64,000 nt of DNA, taken from positions 24,366,001 to 24,430,000 of the forward strand of contig CM022665.1 in NCBI GenBank assembly GCA_012295275.1, read 5' to 3'. Positions 40,301 to 54,990 of the stretch are shown piece after piece; position 1 is the stretch's first letter; each line of letters begins with the position of its first letter. Source of the DNA: Chrysomallon squamiferum (taxonomy: Eukaryota; Animalia; Mollusca). Below the pieces are notes generated by a model. The model saw only the letters and a program-made list of their open reading frames with translations. It had not been told where the DNA came from and searched no databases. The position numbers and the translations under genes are program-made.

Positions 40301-41503
40301 AAGTCCACACATGTCTTGATAAAAGAATATTTTTTATAAGGTGGCCTGATAAAAATAATCGTTTTTGAAATAAGTTAATCAACAAAATATGGAAGTATAC
40401 ATTACAAAGCAGACAACTAAGATGGGAAGAGATGTCAGAAATTATCTCTCGGAGGGTTTTGAAACCACCATGGCGCACTCGTTTGTTGGCTGGTTTCGTG
40501 ATAAACTGAAAGATCTTGTAGGGAACTAATGATGCCAGGGCGTGATGATTTTCGTGAAAAAAAAACTCCAGAAGAATCGTCTTAATTAATTTCTTTTATA
40601 CTATGCTAACATACAGTATGGGGTCCTTTCCTGGCCGCATTCCAGTGAATGAAAATAACGCCTGTACTTTTAAGAATGTAACCAACTGCAGCGTGTTAGG
40701 CCAACAACAGATCACTGTGGTAGACAAGAAAGCATTGTTTATTGAATTACTTTAAATACTGTCTTTTTATTTTTTACTTAATATGTTTTATTTTACACAC
40801 ACACACACACACACTTGTTTTTGAATATATGTATGTATGTACGTACGTGTGTCAAAATACAATTGTAACGATATTAATATCAGCTGTATTTTGTCATGAT
40901 TAATATATTTTAAGTGCATGTATATTATTTCACAGTGGTAAATGTTTTGGTAATTCTGTAGTCATCAAATAAATAATCGTGTTAGACTACAAATATTTTA
41001 ATCAAAATCTTGGTTAGGATTTATTAAATAAATATAAAGTCTGATTAATCTGAAAGAAAGAAAAATGCAATTTTATTTCAAATTAAAAAATAATAATTAT
41101 AATAATACAATCTCCCAAGAAACAAAAACAAGAACCAACATAGATATCGATATTTATTGTTAAAATAAATAACAAAACAAACAAAGTACTATTACAGACG
41201 TTCATATAAAAATAACGACAGTCAAAATATTGATTTGTTACAACGTGAGGAAATAAAAACTAAATAAAGTGAAAGAAACACGATTATCCAATACCCACCC
41301 TCACAAACGTAATTACATTCTGCATCACATAAAGCCTTCATCTTTATTGTCATAGAAACAATTCATTTTTCTTTTTACAAGTAATTGACTTTACAAAAAT
41401 TTACATTCTCAGCTCATCTGAATTTTAAATTTTTTCAATTTTTTTTACGAATGTTAACTTCCGCAATTCGAATGCACAATTGTTGTTCGGCAATATTTAT
41501 CCA

Positions 41504-41668
41504 TTAGTCGTCTGCTTCTAGTCGATCTGTTTTCTGAGATCTGCAGTTAGAAGTTGAAAGTATCTGTTTGGTAATCAGTTCACGTCTTAATGGACTTGTC
41601 GAAGTAGTCACGAATGCAGACATGCTCTCTTTGTGCATTTGGGGATCGTCTGCTGGTTTATCTATCAT
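41504..41668 (-). CDS. Candidate 54-aa smORF (not in the ORF track)
   Basis: Manual translation MIDKPADDPQMHKESMSAFVTTSTSPLRRELITKQILSTSNCRSQKTDRLEADD*; local GC island; TATTTAAA upstream (~41794-41801, minus strand). Confidence 0.35.
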   Translation of the reverse strand: MIDKPADDPQMHKESMSAFVTTSTSPLRRELITKQILSTSNCRSQKTDRLEADD

Positions 41669-42969
41669 TTGTCACTGCAAGACGTCATACGTCGAGTAAC
41701 AAATAGCAGGCGACACGAAAGACTTTTCTTTAGTTTCAATTCCAGTTCGTGTATCTGATCTAGACGCAATTTAATTGACTTAAATATCTTGCCTTTAAAT
41801 AATAAGTAACTTAATTTAATGTAGTGAAGAAAAAACCAAAACGAGTGTTTAAGAATAACATTCTAAATTAAATAGGTTATTATTTTATTTATTTATCATT
41901 TTTTATTATTTCTTTTTAATTTATTTAACAGGTGAGTTAAAATTAACATTATGTCACTGATATAAGTGAAAAAACGAAGACCGAACGTTAAAGCACAGAA
42001 GTCTTTCATTGTAATACAATTTTCATTTAACGGAAACGAATGTTTTTAACCCTATTTGGAAACCGAACAAACATTCAAGTGTGATATTAAATATGCTCAG
42101 GCCCACATAATGAATCTTTACCGGCGTTTTGTACTCTTAATTAAATATTGCCATAGATATGTTTGCACAGTCTTTAAACTTTTGATATAATATCAATAAT
42201 TAGAAATTCAGACTAAATATTTCTTTGTATTAATATGTAGCACATATCTAAAAATCAAATTCACTTTATCGTACACAAAATGATATTATCAGTACTAATA
42301 TTACAACGACTATGGAATTCTAAGAAAAACCAAAACAACCGTTTTTAAAAAATTAATGTGCTTTTAAATAATATACCATTCTTCTTTTCAAACAAAGATT
42401 CTCTTCCTATTTATCAAATACAGTTATCATAAAAGAACGGGGGAAAAAAGAAAAAAGAAAACGGATTTTGTTTGATACAACTGAGAAAAGAAAGACTGTA
42501 TTTAATAATTCATTAAATGTTTTAATTTTTTTTTTTCCTAAAGGCCAAATGTACTTAACTCTTCCATCTGCGATATTCTTTTCCTCTATCTGCGAGAAGG
42601 TGCAAAATAAAAGATTTCTTGCTTTTAAAGGGTAAGAGTGACTTATTTAAATCATATATTTGTTTTATTTCTTTTGTTTTCCCACTATATGAGTCAAATG
42701 AACTAATTATTTACCCGAATTCCAGTTTGAAAATATCAGACTTTCATGGTTCAAGGTATTCTAAGTAATGTGTTGTCATTCCTTATCGGGTTCTCTCAAT
42801 TATAGCTCTGTTTTGTGCCAGGATTTCCTCTCCAGCCATTGAACTGACGGTACTTTTAGAATTTATCAAAATGCACATTGCCAGTCTCTTGCATGTGTTT
42901 GCATTAAATTTAATGAGGCATTTGATTGCAAACAACAAATAACAAAAGCGCAGCATTTATCAAGAGTTT

Positions 42970-43003
<34 letters not shown>

Positions 43004-43200
43004 TATCTATGTGTGTACTGAATGTCTGCGGGTTTTGTGGGTAATTTAAAACCCACTCTTTTTTTTCTGCAATGAATTTTTTCACGGAATTTTACTAGAC
43101 TTGTATCCAGATATTCCAAATTAAAATACAATAGCTTCACTATGTATGTCATTAATTTGCAATCCTTGTGCCTTGCCTTGGATATAATTGCATGTGCCGT

Positions 43201-43567
43201 GTAAAGAATCGAAAAATACCACTTTATATACCCATATATGAATAAAGTGCTGTCTAACAAAAGCCAACTGTATTAATTTTGGGTTTATTTTATATTTTAT
43301 ATATACTATTGACCCTACATTCCACGAACTACTAGGGAGAGTACCGGTCCAGAAAATGCAAATATCTGGGAAATCGCGATTGTAAATATTAACTTAAAAT
43401 TTACCGAAACATTCAACTTTCTGATGTGTAACAGATATATGATATAGTAAAATAATAATGTAAGAACTATACACAGACAAAGAAAAACCCAGTATAAACG
43501 AATGCCATACAGTATACTTTATTCATATACGGGTATATAAAGTGGTATTTTTCGATTCTTTTCAGTG
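43201..43567. mobile_element. MITE-like element with long terminal inverted repeats
   Basis: 43204-43233 aagaatcgaaaaataccactttatataccc is the exact reverse complement of 43531-43560, extending imperfectly to ~50 bp. The right end reads CACTG on the minus strand. Confidence 0.7.
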
Positions 43568-45070
43568 TTTGTAAATAAAAAAAAAAAATTTGTTTGTTTT
43601 TTTTAAATAACTTTAGGGGTAGTTTACTTATTTATTATTTTCTTTATTAATTTGCGTTTATTTATTGATTTTGTTTATATTTATCTATATACGTATTCAT
43701 ATTTATTTATTTACTTACTTACTTACTACCTTATTTTATTTATTTGTATTTTTATTTATGTACTGTTTCAAATTTTGTGTGTTTCATATTCATTCAGCTA
43801 TTATCTCACAACTCTATCATTCTAACACGGCACAATGAACTTCGCCTACCAGCACCATCAGGCAGTGCCGATTCTACACGTCTACAGTCTTCAAAGGTTT
43901 CAGTAATTAGATCAAATTCCACTTGATTATATTGCGAATACCTTCTTCTATATTTTCCATCACACTAATTTAGGTGTTGACCTCGATTTACTCTTTATTC
44001 AAGAGAGATGTTGTGTGATACTGATAGGTCAGTGAGCTCCAGCAAGAAAAACAAAAACAGAATCTAAGGAGAATTTTTTATCTCAAAAGAGATTAATTCA
44101 AATTTTACTCCTCTGCCGCGATAAAGAAGAGGAAGTGGAGAAGAAGAACTAGAAGAAGAAGAAGAAGAAGAAGAAGAAGAAGAAGAAGAAGATAAAGAAC
44201 AAAAAAAAGAAGACACATCCTTTTCTGAAATCCCGACTCCGTTCTTGGAAGAAAAATATTCGACAACCAATTTACAATTTAACAGAAGATGAACAAAAAT
44301 TTTCTGTAACTGTAGAAAAATATAACTTCACAATGTATTTATTTATTTAAAATATACCGATGTTTCGCTATAATATTAAGACATGAAATGAATAAGTCTG
44401 TTAATGTAAATAATAGCACTAAAAATATTAATGAATTATAGTTAATGTCAAAAGATTGACATACATCTAAAAACAAAAATTATAAAAATAAATTTAGTTT
44501 TTGTTGTTGTTGCTGCAGCTGTTTTTAAAATTAACGTATTTTCCATAATCCCTACATTCCCTGGAATTTAAATGCAGTTCCGAAATTTAAAAACATCATA
44601 AGCTTGGCTTAATAGTAAGATGTCAGCAAACAACAGCCAGAGGTGCCTGGCTTATGACAATTTAAGAAGCTAAAAGAAGAAAATGTACATTAAGATTTTG
44701 GGAAGTCAGTTTTTTTGTTGTTTTGGTTTTTTTTTTTTTTTTAATATTGCTGTTGTGATCTGAGGTGTATATATATTTCTTTAGAATGATATTTTCAACA
44801 ATATGGAGTTTTGCTGATGAGTAATGTTAACCATTCTTCAAAATTACTAAGGAATGGTAACATTTTATATATGTAGAGAGTTGAAGTGTAATCCGATGTT
44901 TTCCCCAACTTACATTTTAATAGTAAGAAAGCCAAAACGTATTTCATTTAAGTACAGAAGAAAATTTCTCCTATATTTGGTATGATTATTAGCATTATTT
45001 TTATTTTTCTGTTTTGCCTTCGTTTTCCTTCCAGCCATTTCTCTTTCCATTTTAGTTATTTTGCAAACAA

Positions 45071-45175
<105 letters not shown>

Positions 45176-45609
45176 CCGTTCGTTTTCTGTCTCTGGATAA
45201 AGGTTACTGCCCCTTTAAGACTGACTCTGCTGATAGAATTATAAAATTATAGACATAATACATTAAGGATTGTATTTAGATGAAAACAGAAAACAACATT
45301 AAGAATGCTTTGTGGACGCGTGACCTCAAACTGAGATTAATATTAACCTGTAACGATATTTACGCTGGTAAATAAAATAAGTTTAAGAGAAGTGTTATTT
45401 TGTTGCGAAAGAGGAACATATAACTTATCTTCTGAACAAAATACAATACCGAAGAGAATATTTAAAAAGGCTGCCAAATACTGAGCAGTAACTTTTGGTC
45501 ATTTGCAACATTTATTTTATGTGTGTGTGTTCCTGCGTCGGGTTTGTGTGTGTGGGTATGTGTAGGTATGTGTGGGTATGTGTGTATACATATATATATA
45601 TATATACAA

Positions 45610-45727
<118 letters not shown>

Positions 45728-47099
45728 GGTTAGTTTTATTACCTTTACCACTAAAGAATCACTTGAATTTGAATTTGTGTTACGATGTTGTTTTTTGCCC
45801 TGTCAGTGAATTAAGTAACATCTCAATCTAGATGACAACCCATGTTATTATTTCCACCATTTCCATGCAATTACATCCTGTATCGCACGTAATTTGAGGA
45901 AGTGAGCTCAGTGAAAAAAAGGAAATATAATCGGAGGACATCCTTGATTTGGCATGTTACAAACAATTCGTTTTACCGGTCCCCAGAAAAAAAATTAAAA
46001 AATTAAAAAAATAAATAAATAAAACTATAGATTGATTTACAGAACAAAATCAACCTGTTTTTCTTTCTTTCTTTTTTTTGTTGTAAAAGTGATACAGAGA
46101 ATATCAGTTAAAGGTAATGACTAAATTTGAAAACTGTGTTATCATTATCAATATTTCAGTCACTGTAGTGGTACAGTGACATTGGTTTCTGCTTCTTATG
46201 TCTGTGTTCAAATACACTATATAAGAAAACGCGTAGAAGAAGAAGAAAACAAAAAACAAAACGCCAACAATAAACATATATTTGATACCTAAAAAGTGCC
46301 TTAAAAATGCATGTGTTATTTTAGAAAATCAAGTAAATAGATGCAATTACCTATCCAAGTCTAATTATTTCACACGTTTTTTAAAACAAATAAAGAATGG
46401 TCATTAGTGTTATTTTAGAAAACTCTACAAATTACCTTATATAACCAATCCACCTTTTCCTGAAGCAAAAAACCCTCCCCCAAAAACAGCTGTCAATATT
46501 GTTTTTTCTTTCTTTAGAGCAGTTATCGTCGACATCGATATTGTAATAAAATTATTCAGCTTTATAAAGTAACATCCATCAAAATAAAAACAGTTTTCAA
46601 AGAAAAGTAAATTATAGTTTCGCCATTTCTATTTCGCTTTCAGATATATTACTTGTACTAGTAGAGTAACCAAAACCAAGTGACTATAATTAAACGTAAA
46701 TATTGCTTGTCAATAGATTCGTACAACGCGCAATCGAATTCTTTATGCGTGGAAATGTTATATTGTACAACGCCGTGGAGTCATTCAGTTACGGTTTAAA
46801 TAGCATTGTGAACTTAGCGCCGAGAGTTATGAATAGTCATTTCTTAACAGGTTAGTTACCGCAGAAATAAAGTTCACAAAGTCGTAAGTGTTTTGCGAGA
46901 CTGTTTTTCAGTTTATGAATGGAAATTAGTTGCATGTTTTCCAGTAATAAGAGAAACCTGTCAACAGTGATTTGACAGAATCGCGCGTCGGCTTTGGTTT
47001 AACTGCGAATATTTTTTAGCTGTTATAAAATTAGTTTACTCGCTTGTTGTTTAGTTAGGAGACAGGTGCATTGTTTTGTGTATACTAATAATATATATG

Positions 47100-47106
47100 G
47101 GTGTGT

Positions 47107-47168
<62 letters not shown>
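47100..47168. repeat. (GT)n microsatellite
   Basis: Direct reading. Confidence 0.95.
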
Positions 47169-47171
<3 letters not shown>

Positions 47172-47619
47172 GAAGATGTTTAAGATCCGTATTTATATAA
47201 ATTTATAAATCTATTTGGATACATAATTAATTTGACTGAGAACTATATAGAACCATTTTCAGTTTAATGAAATATATGTACAACAACAACACTGTAATAC
47301 TGGTAGTAATAATAAATAAATAGATAAATAATTGAATTATTATTTTATTTTTTTTAAACAAATTATCTTTTTTTTTTCTCAATTATTTTTTTTGCCAACC
47401 CTTCCCTCTGAAACAACAAAATCCCACTGACGAATGCGAATCATTAAAACTGCGACACATACGATATATCTCTACTTCGAAGGCCAAAATTGATGTACAT
47501 CTCATAATTTTCGCAATTAACGCCTTACTTCAAGGCTCTAGGGATAAATTGACAGAGACAGTGGACAGAAGAACACGATACAGTTTAGTTTTTTTTTATC
47601 AGCAGACCAGCTCGTTCTA

Positions 47620-47687
47620 ACAGCGGTATCGATCCACTGAACTCTGGGCACTTCTAACGAGAGCTTTACCGGTAACGTAAATCTACG
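47620..47687 (-). mobile_element. Degenerate tRNA-derived SINE head
   Basis: Minus strand cgtag...ggtaaagctctcg...ggatcgatacc shows an A-box/B-box-like layout. Confidence 0.35.
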
Positions 47688-48227
47688 TTCACGACCGTGA
47701 TACCAGAAACACAGAAATATCTAAACAAACACTTTCATAATACGCACAGGGTGCCGAGAAACAGCTTGAAAAAAAACAACTATTTTCCTCGCGGCTCCGC
47801 AAAAGGCGACGCGCCATCTACGTTGGTTTTCTTGTATTAATTTCGAAATGGATACCTGATTGGATGTGACTACCCAATAGCAGCTTTACATATTTTGGCT
47901 GAATTTCTCCAACTTCTGACGATTAATTAAGAGAACTCGCAGAGTTGCGTTCTGCTCGCTACAAAAATCATTGCACGAAATATGATGGATAGTATGTAAT
48001 GTTCTAGCGTACAATAAACTGTGTTGTATTTTGATAAAATAAAACCTGCCTAATTCAGCGCGTGTTAAAGTGTATGGCGCTTACAAATATGAGTTGTGCT
48101 GAATAGTGAGGAATGAGTGATTTCATGAGAGTTTTCAAACAGGTCTGTGAAATTTACTCCACTGGATTAATACACCTGCACAGAACAGGTAAGATAATTC
48201 TAAAAATATATAAGTGAGTGTTACAAT

Positions 48228-48360
<133 letters not shown>

Positions 48361-50049
48361 TGGTGTCTGTCGGTCTTTTCGGATGACCGCCTGGCTTTTT
48401 TCGTCTTTTTTCTTACAATCTCTCTTAATAAATCTCTCATTTTATCAACAAATATTTCTTTCTTTCTTTCTTTCTTTCTCTCTGTTTGCCTGCCAACCTA
48501 TATACTTATTAATCAGTCTCAGTTTCTTTCTCGTTCCTATTTTTCGCTTAATTTACTGTTATGATTCGGAATAAGTTTCTCATAACAGAACCAATGAAGC
48601 GAAGCGTTCCCGGAACTGAGACGAACGCTGTGCATACAAAGAAGAAATACATAAAGAAAAGAAGGGTGTGGTTCTAAACACAGAAATAAACGACAAGAAA
48701 ACAAAAATATGAAAGTAAAAGAAAGAAAAAAAAACAACTAAATTTGAGCTTATATCTTTTGCTTTTCTTGCTCCCAGGAATTGCAACGATTATCAATTTG
48801 ATCTTTATATTTATTACTATTTTAAAAATATCAAATTTATTTTCAAATGTAAAATTTGTTGGGTTTTATCTATTATTTTTTTTTTTTTTCGGATCTCACC
48901 AGTACATCTGCTTCTGCAGATAAATTATCAAGGTAGTAATGTTCTCACATATTAAAAACATTAATAATAGATGATGTCTTGTCGATTATTTCTTCTGACA
49001 GCATAATGTGTCAGAATATTGATTGCTGTTAAGTAAAAATACTACTGTACTCTTCTGAACAAATATATGTATTTATAAAGTTATGTTCAGCGTATGATAC
49101 TAATTTTTTTTTTTTTTTTTTTTTTTTTAATGGAATCTGTTTACTGCAAATATTTAATAATATCAAAAAAAAAAAAAAAAAGTTTCAAGGGGTCTTCTAA
49201 TTAGTTATTCGTTTTATGTAATTAGAACTGCTATGTTGAACTAAATAAATCATAAAATTTCAATACACCCTATGTAATGTGTATATGTCTACCTACTCGT
49301 CTTTAATAGATGTACCTGCATTTGGGTATATATGTATATATATGTAGCGAACCAGTTACCCAGTACTGGAGCTCTGGGGACGCTTTGGACCCCCAGGGGG
49401 ATAGTCCCTGCTGTCCGAAACGAAGCCCCAAGAAGTTCCGAACTTTAACCGATTACATATAATAGAAACAGAAAACTGGAAATGCCTGAACACGGCTCCA
49501 AGCGGTAGAGATACGGATTAATCTTACAGCATGAATTTTATTTTACGGACACTCACTGACCCAAGGGCATTTTTCCTTGCTCCACACCCATTCATTCTCG
49601 GCCTCACTGAATGTATGTTTATATACACATATAAATATATTTTAACACAATAATATAAATGTTTTTTAACGTAATATAAAAGATGTCTCTGTGGTTTAAA
49701 TATGATATATCAAAGTACCCAATGATAATGTTAAATCTGAATTTAACAACTGTTTGCAGAAAATATTTCATAATTTATTATTATTGTTGTTGTTGTTGTT
49801 GTTGTCGTTATTGTCGTTGTTGTTGTTGTTGTTGTTATTTGAAGTAAACTATGTTGTCTTAAGTTGCTGCATAGATAATTTTTGAGACTGGAAACTACCC
49901 TTTGTTATTTCTAGAACTAAGCTGACGTAACTTCATAAACTTACCTTTCTTAATGAAGGAGACGATGGAGGGTGATGGTTGAATACTTTCAAGAAATAAA
50001 CGTCATTTTATTTCTTTTTAGGACAAGACCTGAAAATCTTTATCTATTT

Positions 50050-50224
50050 TCTTTCATCAAGTATTTAGCATACTGGATAATTTATACGTCTTTCCATAGA
50101 CCAGAAATCACATACTACAAACTACGATGAACACTTTCATTGTCTGTCATGGGAAATAGCCCACTCAAGGATTGATCTTGCAACCCTTCACGCCTAAAGT
50201 CAATGCTTCAGTGACTGAACTACA
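50050..50224 (-). mobile_element. Degenerate tRNA-derived SINE
   Basis: Minus strand gtagttcagtc (A-box-like)...agatcaatcc (B-box-like), then gggctatttc...gtatgtg...tctggtctatgg. Resembles gastropod SINE bodies from memory; not searched. Confidence 0.45.
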
Positions 50225-50353
50225 ATGTGCTTTGCTGACATTCAGTAGAATTTCTCTCATCACTCGATGTTGTAAAAAAGAAAGCAAAAGGGATTAAATA
50301 TGAAATAGAATTTAAAAAATATCTTCACACTAAGGAATATATATATATATATA

Positions 50354-51058
50354 CAGTATTCCCTCGCTATTCGCGGGGGTTACGTTCTTTACCCCCCGCG
50401 AATAGCGAAAAACCGCGAATATTGGATGCAGTTTTAAAACGTCTATTATGAGATTATATACGGTACTAAATGCTTCCCAAACACTTTCTAAAGACACTCT
50501 TACTCATTAATACAGTAATAATGTAGTAATATTGCATGCAGTTATGTATTTCACTAATGGAGTAATGATAATGTAAACACATTTTAATTTTGTACTGAAA
50601 CAATATTTTAATCAGAAAGAAACGTAAGTACATGAGGACAGTAACACCGCATAGCATAGTTACCCATACAGTATTACTGCACCGTAAAGTCATTTTCTAT
50701 GCGTACAACATATGTATTAGAATTGACAGAAAGTGGAACAAATTTAAAGGCAAAACAGACAGATAAATACAGTACGCACAGTTCAGGTAATAATATGCAA
50801 TTAAAAACATTATTAATACACGGTCACAAAAAATATGCACTGTATATACAGTGTATGCATTTATAAAAAAAATACGTACTGTATTGCAATAATAATTGAA
50901 AAAATTTGATATTGTTTGTGCGGTTTACCGAGCATTTGTTTTTATGACGTTATGACGCTAGCCTGGTATACCAGCATACGATGCGATATGGTTAAGAGCC
51001 TAACCCGCGAATATGCGGGGCCGCGAATGGGGAACCGCGAATAGGTAAGGGTATACTG
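50354..51058. mobile_element. Non-autonomous Tc1/mariner (pogo/Tigger-like) DNA transposon, 705 bp
   Basis: TA target sites; imperfect TIRs CAGTATTCCCTCGCTATTCGCGG / CCGCGAATAGGTAAGGGTATACTG; subterminal CCGCGAAT repeats at both ends; no transposase. Confidence 0.85.
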
Positions 51059-51599
51059 TATATATCAAGAAATATTTCACTTGATTTGAGAGTTTTTAAA
51101 ATATAACGTTAATAATAATAATATACAGCTTTAATGATAAGCTTGACTTCATTATTACTGTGGAATTACTGTGGCCGGATTAAACACAGAATTACGACAA
51201 TGACAGGATGGATATCACTGATTACTGCGGGTCGAAATGGCCTTGACGGGAAGACCAAGTATAATATATCATCTGTAATTATATACGTATCCTCTGAAAG
51301 TGATACGCGTAATGTTAATGTATACATTGGCAGGCAAACCAATATCACCCTCACCTGTATACCTTAATATACAAACATAATTTGAGCTTCATCGTCAAAA
51401 ATGAAAGCGGATACGTATTATTGTTTGTGTTTTTATTTTGATGTAATAGTTTCTTTATCAAACTATCCATTATTAATTTGGATAGACAGAAAAGAGTGTG
51501 ACTGCTATACATTTTACAGAGTGACTCATCTAGATGTTCGGAGAATCTGATCGTATGCAGTCTGATTGTTTTTGTTGTTTTTTGCTATCATATATTCGT

Positions 51600-51820
51600 T
51601 TCGATACGATAAATACCTCACGATACAAGAAAAGTTACAAGACAATACGACACGATACCACACAAATGCAATAAATTACGACACGACTATAATACATAGG
51701 GATCCGATGTAAGACAACACGATACGATATCACATACAACGACACGATTCCAGCAAGGTACTGTAACACAACACGACACACCTGACAATAACATGCGTTG
51801 GAAATATGATACGATAAGAC
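51600..51820. repeat. Degenerate (CGATA/CGACA)n pentanucleotide repeat
   Basis: Recurrent acgat/acgac/acaac units. Confidence 0.7.
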
Positions 51821-52784
51821 GCTTCATTTACATCAAACATAATGCGACATTGAAATTCAAGATGACATGATGTAATTTATTTACATTTGAAAAAATTACA
51901 TATTACTGAACTATCAGCACCCTTTATCCCCAAGACAATGGATAACTTTTTTTTTTTTTTTTTTTTTCGTTATTTGTATATACTTTGTCCACAAAAGATA
52001 AATAATACAATATGTCATTAATATGTTGATTCTGTTAGTCTTTTCTCTTATGTTTTGTTTTCTTTCGAATACGGCGAGCATACAAACCACGACCAATAAG
52101 TTAGTTAATGATAACAGATAACTGTGTCTATCTGCTTCTGTGGTAAATAAAAGAAATCCATTGTGGCAAATAAAAGAAATCCATTGTGGCAGTAATGCTG
52201 CATGAAAAGATCCAGAAAGCCTGACATGTCCATACTTTATGTCAACTGTCACTTTCCGTCGCTTGCGGGATCTGTGAGTTTGTTTGGACGTACATGATAC
52301 AGACGTTTACAGTCATTTGTAATTTGCTATTTAATATACACATCTATGGCCTGCAGAGATTTGGACAGAAGTAATATTGTTAAATTTATCTCTATTTTGT
52401 TGTTCTTCATCTGTATTCCGTATTGAAATATTTCTATCCGTATTTCAGTTGAACAGTATTTTGATTTTTATATGGTGTATCTTTTATCGTTTTCACAATA
52501 TATTTTAAATTTTTGTTGTTGTTGTTGTTGTTATTGTTTTCATGTTTTTGTTCTGTCTATCCTATATCTCTGTGTTACTTATAAAAATGTATATGCATGT
52601 ACTTACATATATATATGTCTGTGTGTGATATGTATATGTATGTATGCATGCACCTATGTATGTATTTTTAGGATTTTGAATATTAGACAATAATGCACAT
52701 AGACAATGTTCGGGAACGCATTGGCGCAGGAGGAAAAAGTCCAATCACGACCTCACAAACCAGTCAGATGCCGCTATATGTATA

Positions 52785-53060
52785 TATACATGTATGAATA
52801 TAAATGAATAGAAGAATGCATCTTTACTCTCATGAATATAGAGTTTATTTCTACGCGTGTATGTTAATGTAACATGTATGTATGTATGAATGTATGTGTG
52901 TTTGTATGTATGTCTGTGTATGTATATACGTACATATATGTACTCATGTGTTTGGATATGCATATATATGTATGTTTGTATACATGTATGAATATAAATG
53001 AATAGAAGAATACACCCTTACTGTCAAGAATGTAGTTTATTTCTACGTGAATGTAACATA
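52785..53060. repeat. Diverged local direct duplication (~85-bp core, ~194-bp period)
   Basis: tatacatgtatgaatataaatgaatagaagaat at ~52785 and ~52979. Confidence 0.8.
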
Positions 53061-54724
53061 TGTACACCCATGTACACACACACACATACACACACAAATT
53101 GAAATGAATTACTGATCCGGAGACATTCGCTGAGTCATTACCCCCAAAAGCTGTAAATAGGTGAATATACTGACATAATTACTTTTCACGTATGTATGTG
53201 TTTATGTATATATATTTTTTAAATGTAAGTATTGCATCAGACCAATTTGCTGAGTCACACCAATAATTACATAGCATTTGACGGAGTCTGAACATCATAA
53301 ATCGTCAGCATTATCATCACTAATGCACTAGGTAACTTAAAACGAGTCGACATTTTCTGTTTGAGTTTCCTTCGTTTCATTTAAGCCTTAAATGGAAAAA
53401 AAAAATGCTATTCAGTAACACAGCTTAAAGTGCTGTTATTGTTTGATGTCAAACCTATGTTCAGGTCTGAATGAGTTTCTGTACAGATTCCTTTAAAATA
53501 TAACAACAGTAATAACGATGCTGAGGATAACGATGATGATAATGATGATGATGTTGATGTTTATGATGATGAAGGAGTAGAAGCAAGGCAATGATGATAC
53601 TGATGAAGAAAGAAGAAGATTTTGATAAAAAAGAAAAATAACGATGAAGTAGAGAATTAAGAAAAAAAAAAAGAAGATGGTAAAGGTGATAGAAAAAGAA
53701 GAATTTTTCAAAGTTTAAAATACCATTTAATAGGGATTTTTTTCTTTCTATTAACGGTTATGTTAGACGTCATGTTTTGTCAAGTATTAAATCCGGTCGG
53801 ACTCTGGGCTACTCTAACAAATTAGCAACAATTGATATGTTGTCCACACCTTAACGCACACCATTCGAGTGCTCCAGTTTGTAATCGGGAGGCAGGATAA
53901 ATCTCGGAACCAACCACTATCAGACTACATGAATGAATATAATATTAGTCCATTCCTGAGATATAAAAAAAACCCGATTGAAACGGGAAACAGATTTTCG
54001 ACATATCCAGGAGAATTGAAAGCAATGTACGATGGTGATTATGATGGTAAAATTGGTGATGATGTTAACTTGTTCACAATAAATTTACTTTTTTTCTTTT
54101 ACTTTTTTTTGTTTTTTTGTTTCTCGTTAGATATTTCCAACACACAATCTCTTCGACTCCAATTCATGTAAATTACGGGCGTTTCTACGGAAAATATCTC
54201 GTGTGGCAAGCATTGAAAGTGAGGCTATGTCCAAACATCTGACATCCACCTTTCAAATAATTTTACCTTAAAATCAGCTCAAAAATACCAGTCAAGTTTA
54301 ATAGAAAGTGTTCGGTGGCCCCCACCCCCCGACAAATGGCGCCCAGGCACGTGCGATACTTTCCATATCTTAGGTAATAAAATAAAACCATAAGGAAACA
54401 ACGATTTAAAAACACGAAATCCTTTACGGAATCGACTTTTGAAGAAAATAAAATAAAAACAAGACGTTAAATGTTTAATTTAAGAAAAAAAAATTATTAT
54501 ACAGCTTCTCTGCATCAATGTTCTTTCTAAAATCAAGAGAATATGAAAAGCTGCGAGTAAATTAAAAGGCAGTTTTAGAAGGAATTCAGGTTCTAAAAAA
54601 TTAACGATAATTAGGTGGCTTCTTTCGGATAGCCATTGGCAAATACATTTTCCTGTCAGAAAATAAAATAAAAACATAATACTTCGCTTTTAATATATTT
54701 GTTTGTAATTCAGTATTATGAAAC

Positions 54725-54990
54725 ACTGTACCTTTAAATCTATTTAAATTCTATAAATTATAACATTCGGCCTCTGAAAATTTGTTTAAATTATAGGCAT
54801 CACAACACTTCACCTTTAAAACTGCTTAAAAATATATGAATTAGTAACAATCCGCCTTTAAAGTTCTCTTGAAAATGTATGTAAAATTTAGCACTTAAAC
54901 ACTGAAAATCTCTTTACATTCTTTGTATTATAGCGTTCCACCTTTAAAAGTTTATTTAAAATTCTATAAATTTATAATATCACCTTTATT
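54725..54990. repeat. Degenerate minisatellite, ~40-44-bp unit, about 6 copies
   Basis: Recurrent cacctttaaa...tttaaattctataaattataa. Confidence 0.65.

Noticed and set aside
50150-50224. Functional tRNA gene
   Set aside because: Degenerate A/B boxes and no cloverleaf; better explained as a SINE head.
53869-54171. 100-aa ORF with a protein-like first half
   Set aside because: GTG start, runs into T-rich low complexity, and has no convincing splice sites or recognisable homology.
54725-54990. CRISPR-like periodicity
   Set aside because: A degenerate minisatellite without unique spacers, in eukaryotic DNA with no cas genes.
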